Source of the DNA: Pyrobaculum aerophilum str. IM2
GTDB taxonomy: Archaea > Thermoproteota > Thermoprotei > Thermoproteales > Thermoproteaceae
Length of the DNA: 32,000 bases
Assembly: GCF_000007225.1 (NCBI RefSeq)
Contig: NC_003364.1
Coordinates: 2,190,001 to 2,222,000, forward strand
Direction of reading: 5' to 3'
In this document: piece by piece, positions 23,340-30,486 of the stretch
Position numbering within the stretch: the first letter of the stretch is position 1
Layout of the letters: every line of letters starts with the position of its first letter
Made by a program: the position numbers and the translations under genes
Notes under the pieces: generated by a model
What the model saw: only the letters and a program-made list of their open reading frames with translations
Told to the model about the DNA's origin: nothing
The model's database searches: none

Positions 23340-25166
23340 TTAGGGGTATGTCGTATGGGGCGGAATTGGCGGTATTAAGGGAGTCGGCCCGCTTGGCCTT
23401 TTAGGCGGCGGCGCTATGGGGCGCGGCTCTACAAGCCAGTTTATAAGCGTTTTGAAGAATTTGTAATTATCGCCTAGCTGAATGAAATACGGCGTAAAGC
23501 TCCTCACGGAGCCCACCGCGGTGAAGTTGCCCGTGCGCACGGCTATTGTGTACACGTCCTCGCCGTAGCCGAACATATAGGCCTTTACCCGTAGTTTGAG
23601 GCCAGAGGTTGCGGCGAAGGCAGTGGGGCTTAACAAAATAAGCCTTGAGGCGTTGAACAAAGACCCGTTGACGTGGACATACTGCCAATTGGCCGCGAAG
23701 TCGTGCGCGCCGAGTCCTGTGAAGTTGTACACTGCCCTTATGACTGTGATGTTGAAGTAAGTCAGCAGGGGGTCAAAGACTGTTGTGGCGGAATAGGGCG
23801 TTATTATAATAAATGGAGGGGCTGAAATCATCCCGCTGGCCCTCATGTCGGCGAAATACAACGCCCTAACTCCCCTGCGGGTGGCGTTGTAAACTGCCTC
23901 AGCCGCTAGGTCTGTAAACGGCACAGTGGGGTTGACAATAATCAAGCCAGTGGCGTTTTCTAATAGCTGTTGTAGAGAGAGCTCATCCCTCGCAAGCCTT
24001 AGGGCAAAGCCCCTTTCCACAAGCTCCTTTGCCAAGACCTCAAAAAAGCCCCTTGGGATTATATTGCCGTGGGAAAGATCTAATACTACATAGGGCCTGT
24101 AGGGCTTTTTCTCCTCAGGCGGCGCCGCTGGCGGCATGGGGGTGACGTTTATGGGGTGGTGGGGTATTTGTATTGCCCCGGGCCACAGGTAGAATACAGG
24201 AGGGGCGGATACGTTCATTAGGAATTGAAGCGGTATCTTGTTGCCTGAGATTAGAGGTACTACTATTCCAAACCCCGTGGCGTTGTATTTCTCATATATG
24301 TCCACAACGGTGTAGTTTTTAAGCCCCAGCTCCCTGGCCATGTCCTCAACGGCGTCCCATAGACCCCCTATTTTATCAATGAGGCCTAGCCTTAGGGCAG
24401 TCTCTGCGTTGAATATTTTCGCTGTTTCAAAGACCTCAGGATCCGCCTTAAGCCTGCCGGCCCGTCCCTTTAATACCGCGGCGACGAAATTAGCCCTTGT
24501 CTTTTCAATGTCGTTGTAAAACTCGGTGAGGTCCATGCCGTAATATTTAAACGGCCCCGTGGTGTAAATATAATCGGGCAAGTCAATGAGGTATTCGTCG
24601 GGCCATAAGAGGGCTACTACGCCAATGCTCCCCACCCAGCTAGACGGCGTAGCGTATATCCTCCCAGCCGCCACCGCCGTGTAGTAAGCCCCCGAGGCCG
24701 CCAGACCCGCCACAACTGCGTATACAGTCTTATTAAGCCCCTTGATTGTTGAGTAAAGGCGCTCTGTTGCGCCGACAGCTCCTCCAGGCGAGTTGATCAG
24801 CAGTATTACGCCGGCAGTTTTGTTGTCAAACTGCAACTTCTTGACGTATTTAATGAGGAAATCTACATAGTAATCGAAGATGGGCTGATCCACCGGCACT
24901 ATTACAATCTCCCTCTCCGCGGCAGCCCTCTTCTCCAATCTTTTTACTCTCACAGTCAGTTCCTCCAGCGTTTTGTTTATTGAAGCAAGCCTCTCAGTCA
25001 ACGAGGAGTTAAGAGTCTTAACCTCTGCCGTTATTGACGACCTCACGTCGTCGATTTTCATAGTAATAGTCCTCTCGGCGTTCAATAGCCCCCACCACAG
25101 CGCAATGCCGAGGGCCAGCGCCGCAATTGCCAACACGAGCCCGGCTAATGCCAGCGCCTTTGCCAT
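23340..25166 (-). CDS. sppA: signal peptide peptidase SppA (S49) fused to a C-terminal DUF4350/GldG-like domain and Pro-rich tail
   Basis: N-terminal TM plus coiled coil. 'LLINSPGGAV', 'GLAASGAYY' (Ser nucleophile region), 'GSIGVV'. The C-terminal half 'YVVLDLSHGN..GLIIVNPTVPFT..' and '..FFKTLINWL' resembles ABC-auxiliary/DUF4350 domains (from memory). Confidence 0.75.
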   Translation of the reverse strand: MAKALALAGLVLAIAALALGIALWWGLLNAERTITMKIDDVRSSITAEVKTLNSSLTERLASINKTLEELTVRVKRLEKRAAAEREIVIVPVDQPIFDYYVDFLIKYVKKLQFDNKTAGVILLINSPGGAVGATERLYSTIKGLNKTVYAVVAGLAASGAYYTAVAAGRIYATPSSWVGSIGVVALLWPDEYLIDLPDYIYTTGPFKYYGMDLTEFYNDIEKTRANFVAAVLKGRAGRLKADPEVFETAKIFNAETALRLGLIDKIGGLWDAVEDMARELGLKNYTVVDIYEKYNATGFGIVVPLISGNKIPLQFLMNVSAPPVFYLWPGAIQIPHHPINVTPMPPAAPPEEKKPYRPYVVLDLSHGNIIPRGFFEVLAKELVERGFALRLARDELSLQQLLENATGLIIVNPTVPFTDLAAEAVYNATRRGVRALYFADMRASGMISAPPFIIITPYSATTVFDPLLTYFNITVIRAVYNFTGLGAHDFAANWQYVHVNGSLFNASRLILLSPTAFAATSGLKLRVKAYMFGYGEDVYTIAVRTGNFTAVGSVRSFTPYFIQLGDNYKFFKTLINWLVEPRPIAPPPKRPSGPTPLIPPIPPHTTYP

Positions 25167-25194
25167 AAAATTAAAATTTAATTCACATTTATGT

Positions 25195-26106
25195 TTATTC
25201 CTCCTCCTCTTCGAATACTAAAGCTTCGGCGGGCTCTCTCTTATACAGCTCTTTTCTGCTCGCCTCCAGTAGCTCCTCCCCCACCCCCCGGAGGGATGCA
25301 TAAGTGGCTATTTCAACGCCGCGCTTCTCGGCGTATTCAAACAGCGGCGCCAATTTCTCCCGCCAGTCCCCGCTCCGCAGAGCGTGGTGGGCGACGACTA
25401 AAACGCGGGGGGCCAAGTCCACCACTTCTCTCAAATGGCGTATAGCCGCCTCTATGTCCCAGGGCAGGTAAGTAGGCGGCCCTCCCACTACGGCAATTGT
25501 GGGCCTAACCTCTTTGAGAAAGGCCACTGGCTCTGGCTCTACGGGCCCCTCCACGTCTGGAACAAAGGCCAGTCTCTCCTCGCCGTCTAAAACCGCAAAG
25601 GCCACTACTCTGCCCGTTTTAGAGCCAGCAGGGCCGTGCCAAAGGGATTGAGAAGCTTTAATTACAGTGCCTCCCACACGCCACTCGCCGCCGTCAGCAT
25701 ATATCAACTCAGCCCCGGCGTCGCCGAGGGCCTTTGAGAGGCCGTAGTGCCGCCTTCTCTGCGACCAATTTAAATCGTCGGGGCTTTTGAGAAGCACCCG
25801 CTTCCCGCCGTATATTTGTCTGTAAGTCTCTCCGTCTGTTGCCATGTAGACGCTGGGATACCACGGAGTGAAGTGGTCTCTGTGATAGTGGCTGACGGTG
25901 ATGACATCAGCCGCCGCGGCTAGTCTGAGGATTTCAGACCTAACGGCCCTGGCCCTCTCTAATTCCCTGGGGTGAGGCGGGAGGCCGAATCTACGAGGCG
26001 CCAGGGACACGCCGGCGTCAAAGAGGATGCGGACGTCGCGGGTCTCCACGTATAGACACATTGAGCGCACTCCCAGCGACTCCTCGCCCACTGGGAGTAT
26101 TTCCAT
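25195..26106 (-). CDS. metallo-beta-lactamase-fold protein (archaeal UPF0282-like)
   Basis: 'GVRSMCLYVETRDVRILFDAGVSL' and 'SHYHRDH' (HxHxDH). The ATG lies 1 nt after the upstream stop. Confidence 0.8.
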   Translation of the reverse strand: MEILPVGEESLGVRSMCLYVETRDVRILFDAGVSLAPRRFGLPPHPRELERARAVRSEILRLAAAADVITVSHYHRDHFTPWYPSVYMATDGETYRQIYGGKRVLLKSPDDLNWSQRRRHYGLSKALGDAGAELIYADGGEWRVGGTVIKASQSLWHGPAGSKTGRVVAFAVLDGEERLAFVPDVEGPVEPEPVAFLKEVRPTIAVVGGPPTYLPWDIEAAIRHLREVVDLAPRVLVVAHHALRSGDWREKLAPLFEYAEKRGVEIATYASLRGVGEELLEASRKELYKREPAEALVFEEEEE

Positions 26107-26107
26107 G

Positions 26108-26605
26108 TCACACTTTTTGCGCCAGTTTTATAAGAGCTATCAGCTTGGCGAAGTCGGCCACAAAGGGGAGGTGCCACAAGCCGATTAACACGGCGGGTAG
26201 AGTATAGGCATATGCCGCGGCCGAGGCGAGGAAGATCGCCGCCCACGTTTTGTCTGTAGAGAGCAGTTTTCTGTAGACAAAATACCCGAGCACCGGCTCG
26301 CCGAAGTAGGCAATAGCTATTACCCCAGCGCCGAGCGGCTCGCCCAGCCAGAGCATTAAGACGCCGGCGGCAGAGGCGGCAATAACCGGAGGCCCCAGGC
26401 GGGAAAACCACCGCTCTCCCAACGCCCTCTTAAAACTGAAGTATACGTAGAGGGCGATGGCCACAAGAATTGTCATTAAGACGAGCGCAGGCGGGTAGAA
26501 CACTCCGTAGTTGGCAACAGCGGGCAGTATTGCGAGTATAATCACCGCGGCTGCGATGCTTCCTAAAAGCCCGGCTTTAAGCCCGTGCACTAAATCTTTA
26601 TGCAC
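26108..26605 (-). CDS. polytopic membrane protein, unknown function
   Basis: 165 aa, 4-5 TMs. The start is uncertain: GTG 26605, or GTG 26590 which fits the ttttttaaaaac box better. Confidence 0.55.
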   Translation of the reverse strand: MHKDLVHGLKAGLLGSIAAAVIILAILPAVANYGVFYPPALVLMTILVAIALYVYFSFKRALGERWFSRLGPPVIAASAAGVLMLWLGEPLGAGVIAIAYFGEPVLGYFVYRKLLSTDKTWAAIFLASAAAYAYTLPAVLIGLWHLPFVADFAKLIALIKLAQKV

Positions 26606-26648
26606 AGTTTTTAAAAAACTTTGACCCCGCCGGCAGAGAAGGGGGGAG

Positions 26649-27491
26649 CTATTTAAAGAGGTATAAAATCGCCAGGGCGGGGAGGGCCGTGCTGTACATC
26701 ACGGCGGCGGTATAGGCGGTAAGGCGACCGGCCACGGAGGGCGGATATATCGATGCGTAGAACTGCACCGCCGACCTGGGGAATTCGTATACAGTCATAT
26801 AAACCACTCTGCCCAGCAACAGGGCGAGGAGGAGCTCCACACTCCCAATCCTCCCGGCGTGATACGCGGGGCCTGCCGCCATAATGCCGTAAGTAGGCCT
26901 GAAAGCCGCTATGGAGGCCACGGCCAAGGCCTCTGGCGAGAGGGGTAGCCAGTTAAAGGTAAACCTCACCCCCAAGTGATCCAAGAGTAAAAAAATAGCC
27001 TCGAACACCATATAACGCCAAGTCACAGAAAAGGCCTGTCTCCATATGTTCGCCCCTCTCAGCCGCTTAAGCTCGGCAGACAGCTCCGGCCACTTTGCCT
27101 TTATCCTCAAGGCGATTATAAACCCAAGCGCCGAGGATAGGTATACAATGCCTAAATAAGCCGCGCCGAGAAGGCCCAAGGACCCCAGCGCCACGGGTAT
27201 GACGCCTATGCGGAGGTGCAATAAAACAACGCGTATGGGCCAAGTGGCAAAGGTGAATTGAAGCAAGTGGGCAAAGCCCACAGCCCCGCGTCTGTAGGCA
27301 TCGGCCAGTATTACGTGGGGAGTTCTGGCCTCGGCGACGGCCAACGCCACTAATGTAGCTGGAACTCCAGTCCTCTGCGAGATGGGCTGTGCTAAGCGCT
27401 CTACTTTCCACAAGAGCCTGCTGGCTATATAGAGTCCCGCGGCTACTGAGAAAAAGACCAAGGCCCCCCTCCACAGCAAGTCAAGCCACAC
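26649..27491 (-). CDS. polytopic membrane protein, unknown function
   Basis: Start moved to GTG 27491. The first 46 codons of track ORF 26649..27629 are antisense to the permease N-terminus and cross the shared promoter. Confidence 0.55.
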   Translation of the reverse strand: MWLDLLWRGALVFFSVAAGLYIASRLLWKVERLAQPISQRTGVPATLVALAVAEARTPHVILADAYRRGAVGFAHLLQFTFATWPIRVVLLHLRIGVIPVALGSLGLLGAAYLGIVYLSSALGFIIALRIKAKWPELSAELKRLRGANIWRQAFSVTWRYMVFEAIFLLLDHLGVRFTFNWLPLSPEALAVASIAAFRPTYGIMAAGPAYHAGRIGSVELLLALLLGRVVYMTVYEFPRSAVQFYASIYPPSVAGRLTAYTAAVMYSTALPALAILYLFK

Positions 27492-27506
27492 AAGGGATCG
27501 GAAATG

Positions 27507-27518
27507 TATATTTAAAAG
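27507..27518. promoter_or_regulatory. single shared TATA-like element (tatatttaaaag) in a 43-nt divergent spacer
   Basis: Its centre is about 22 nt from GTG 27491 (minus) and about 23 nt from ATG 27535 (plus). Confidence 0.45.
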
Positions 27519-27534
27519 CGAAAATTTTACCAAT

Positions 27535-28722
27535 ATGTACTGGGAGGTAATACGCCTTTCTTGGCGCGCTCTGTGGGAGAGGAAGGGCCGCACTATTGGC
27601 GCAATTATCGGCGTAGTCATCGCCTTCACGGCCCTCAGCTACGCCCTACTCTTAGGGCAGACGTTTAAAGACGCCGTAAGTGACTACTTCACGAAAAACT
27701 TCCAGCTGGACTCCCTCTACGTCACCGGGGCCCAGTTCACAGACGCCGATGTTAACGTGTTGAGGACTATCCCAGGCGTGGCGCACGCGGTGCCCATCGC
27801 CGCGGCCAGGGGCTTGGCCAAGGCGCCGGGGCAGCAACAGCCAGTGGCGGTCACTATATACGGAGTGAGCCCGGCTTACGCGGCGTTAATAATACCGGAA
27901 ACTGCGCTTTACGAGGGGACTCTGGCGTTGGGCGGCGGTTTAGCCCTGGTTGGGTACTACGTGGCCTTTGATCGCTCTACGGGCGAGAGGAGGCTGGATC
28001 CCGGCGCCCCCCTCACTATTCAGATGGGGAGGAGGACGGCCTCTGTACAAGCCTCTGCCGTGCTGGCCTCCGGAGCAGTTGGCGTTTTGGACACCTTACG
28101 CGGCGTTGTTGTCGACATTGCGCTGTTCAGACAGCTTGTGGGATCTGATACATACAACTTCGTATTAGTCCGCGTTAAGGACACAGCGCTGTTAGAACAA
28201 GTCGCGGCGGATATACGGGCATATTTTCCAAGCGCGGACGTTATATCCCCCCTGGCTGTTTTACAGACATTTGAAAGCTTCTTCACGTCCTTTCAATTGT
28301 TCCTAGGGCTGATAGCGGGGGTTAGCACTGTGATAACCGCCCTCTGGCTGTATGACACTATGTCCATAAGCGTAGTCCACCGCACTAAAGAAATCGGCGT
28401 GATGCGCGCCCTCGGGTACAAGAGGAGGCACATAATGATCTTATTCCTCGCAGAGGCTCTGCTTATAGCCGCCATGGGAATCGCGCTTGGCGCCGCCGCC
28501 TTAATCCCTCTGGCACATGCCGGCCTCCCCACTCCTGGCCAGACTTCCTCAAGCCTAAGGCCGGCCTTCCACCCGCCCTTTGCCGTACAAAGCCTTGAGC
28601 TAAACCCAGTGATTATGGCCGCGGCGGCCGCCCTAGTGATAGCAGTGAACCTCGCAGGCGCAGTCCTGCCGGCATACAGGGCGAGCAGGATAAATATCGT
28701 CGCTGCTCTGAGATACGAATAA
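27535..28722 (+). CDS. MacB/FtsX-family ABC permease (paralog B)
   Basis: Collinear with 14522..15736, roughly 60% aa identity by eye. 'RTKEIGVMRALGYKRRHI', '..PAYRASRINIVAALRYE'. Confidence 0.85.
   Translation: MYWEVIRLSWRALWERKGRTIGAIIGVVIAFTALSYALLLGQTFKDAVSDYFTKNFQLDSLYVTGAQFTDADVNVLRTIPGVAHAVPIAAARGLAKAPGQQQPVAVTIYGVSPAYAALIIPETALYEGTLALGGGLALVGYYVAFDRSTGERRLDPGAPLTIQMGRRTASVQASAVLASGAVGVLDTLRGVVVDIALFRQLVGSDTYNFVLVRVKDTALLEQVAADIRAYFPSADVISPLAVLQTFESFFTSFQLFLGLIAGVSTVITALWLYDTMSISVVHRTKEIGVMRALGYKRRHIMILFLAEALLIAAMGIALGAAALIPLAHAGLPTPGQTSSSLRPAFHPPFAVQSLELNPVIMAAAAALVIAVNLAGAVLPAYRASRINIVAALRYE
27567..27672. repeat. 106-bp perfect inverted repeat, copy 2 (partner 15599-15704)
   Basis: See copy 1. 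Confidence 0.9.
28297..28376. repeat. 80-bp inverted repeat, copy 2 (partner 14895-14974)
   Basis: See copy 1. Confidence 0.85.
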
Positions 28723-28761
28723 AACGCGCTGTGAGGCTAAGACTGGACTCTAGCCGGCGAC

Positions 28762-29067
28762 GTGGTCGCCCCCCAGTTGGCAATAGTTGAAAAACTGGCC
28801 AAGTGGGCTGGGGAGCGGGGAAAGAGACTTGTCGTGTTTTTAGAACATTTTAAAAAGAGATCTCTCTATACGGTGGAGAAAAAATTCGCCAAATCAGCAA
28901 GAAATAGGCTTAAACGTGACCTGCGAAAGCTGTTTTATTTCGCGAAAAGTCTTACTGAGACAATCCTTTTGAAGACTGCGAGGCGTTTTACACGGAGGCC
29001 GCTGGAGAGCGTTCACATATGTGGAAATTTCGGCAGAGCCCGGCAGATACGCCGTGGGCAACCGTGA
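28762..29067 (+). CDS. hypothetical basic helical protein (doubtful; may be part of a decayed mcrB 5' region)
   Basis: ORF track only. K/R-rich and locally AT-rich, with no convincing TATA spacing. The 3' end overlaps the next reading-frame fragment. Confidence 0.25.
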   Translation: MVAPQLAIVEKLAKWAGERGKRLVVFLEHFKKRSLYTVEKKFAKSARNRLKRDLRKLFYFAKSLTETILLKTARRFTRRPLESVHICGNFGRARQIRRGQP

Positions 29068-29313
29068 AGGAGTTAAAGAGGGGGGACTGCGTCATACTTA
29101 GAGAGGCGGCGAGGCGTTTCCCGGCATCTCTAGGCGGCCGGCCCGGCCAGGAAAATAAGCAGAGAGGATAGCCACAAGCTTTTTGAGAAAATAGGCGCTG
29201 ATATAAACTATTTTAGTGAGTGGCTTTCAAAATATAAAAAATTCTATTTAGTAGAGTTGGAGGGATATTACCCATTTGAAAAGCCCGTATCGCTTGATGA
29301 CGTGATAGCCTAA
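29019..29313 (+). pseudogene. ASCH/EVE-like (PUA-superfamily) small domain, split by a frameshift
   Basis: Frame A: 'MWKFRQSPADTPWATVKELKRGDCVILRE..' stops at 29169. The +1 frame is open from 29134: '..SREDSHKLFEKIGADINYFSEWLSKYKKFYLVELEGYYPFEKPVSLDDVIA*'. The combined ~98 aa has an ASCH-like layout (GD.V ... FYV.E). This is a weak call made by eye. Confidence 0.3.
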
Positions 29314-30486
29314 TTGGGCGTAAATCCCTATGAGTTAATTACATTCGGAGACTTGCGGCTGAGGCTTGGCGCGAAATTCTTATTAGCTTGTAAAGCCGGT
29401 GACGGAATGGGCGCCAGTGCCCCGTTGGAGCGGTTTGTAGCTTTGTTAATCCTATCGGGCAAGAACGTTCTCCTCGTCGGCGCGCCGGGCGTTGGGAAGA
29501 CGGAGCTGGCGCTTAGGGCCGCGCGTTTTTTCACCTGCTGCGAGCCCGAGGTGGAGGCGGGCCGGGAGGACTTGTCGTATGAAGACTTAGTCTGGAGCTA
29601 CGCCGTGGGCCCAGACGGCAAGTTGGAGAGAAGGCTTGGCTCTCTGGGGCGCGCGGTGAAGAGGAGCTGGGAGTCATTGGCCAAGGGCGGAGGCCCCTGC
29701 CATTACGTCCTCGACGAGATTAACAGGGCGAACATCGACGTGGCCCTCGGCCGCGTCTTTACAGCCCTTGACGTTGAGCACAGGCCCAGGGTTAAGGTCT
29801 TTGAGGAGGCGGGAGTCGAGCCTCCCCTAATCCCCACGTCGCTGAGAGTCTTCGCAACTATGAACGTAGTGGACAGAGGCCAGCTTTTTAAACTCAGCTT
29901 TGCCCTCTTGCGGAGATTCGCCTACGTCTACGTGCCCCCTCCCCATAAATCTATCTCGCCGAGATTAGAAATACCCCATATCATCAAGCGCGATATTGAC
30001 TTCACCCCATACGCCGAAAGGGCGTACAAATCTCTTACAATTAACGGCGTGGGGCCCGGCGACATACCGACTATTTTAAAACTGCCCATTCCCCAGCCGG
30101 GGGAGATATTAGCCGAGGTGGACAGGCTAGGCCTAACTTCGCTTTTAAACTGGGCTCTTGAAAAAGCAGAGAGACTTGGCTTAGAGGTAGGCCCCTCTAT
30201 GATACTAGACGTGTTAAAAATCGCGGCTGTACGGGCCGCGGCGCCTAATTCGCTTAAGTTAGAAAAAGGCGCTTTTATTGACTTCGTGGCCTCTTCGCTA
30301 GTTCTGCCCTACTTCGCCTCAGCGGCCCCGAGAGTGCGCCAGAAGGCAATACTCTCCGCGAGACCCCCCGGCGAGTTGGAGGAGATGAGGAAAATAGTAA
30401 ACGAGGTGAAGGAATTTTTCGGCGAAACCTCGGCGTCCTATACCGTGGCGAGAGGCTTGCTCTATGAACTCCCGGCGGAGGTGTGA
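29314..30486 (+). CDS. mcrB: McrB-like AAA+ GTPase subunit of a type IV restriction system
   Basis: 'LLVGAPGVGKT' (Walker A), 'VLDEINRAN' (Walker B), 'ATMNVVDRG..FALLRRFAYVYV' (McrB MNxxDR / RRRF signature). The start is uncertain: TTG 29314 directly after a TAA, or ATG 29407. Confidence 0.85.
   Translation: MGVNPYELITFGDLRLRLGAKFLLACKAGDGMGASAPLERFVALLILSGKNVLLVGAPGVGKTELALRAARFFTCCEPEVEAGREDLSYEDLVWSYAVGPDGKLERRLGSLGRAVKRSWESLAKGGGPCHYVLDEINRANIDVALGRVFTALDVEHRPRVKVFEEAGVEPPLIPTSLRVFATMNVVDRGQLFKLSFALLRRFAYVYVPPPHKSISPRLEIPHIIKRDIDFTPYAERAYKSLTINGVGPGDIPTILKLPIPQPGEILAEVDRLGLTSLLNWALEKAERLGLEVGPSMILDVLKIAAVRAAAPNSLKLEKGAFIDFVASSLVLPYFASAAPRVRQKAILSARPPGELEEMRKIVNEVKEFFGETSASYTVARGLLYELPAEV

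Noticed and set aside
27492-27629. The first 46 codons of track ORF 26649..27629
   Set aside because: They are antisense to the highly conserved N-terminus of permease B and run across the shared promoter. GTG 27491 gives a sensible TM protein with canonical TATA spacing.
29295-29362. TTGATGA ... CTGA pair, about 68 nt apart, resembling C and D boxes
   Set aside because: No D'/C' boxes occur at 12-nt guide spacing, the C box is imperfect, and the region is covered by the reader-domain relic and the mcrB start.
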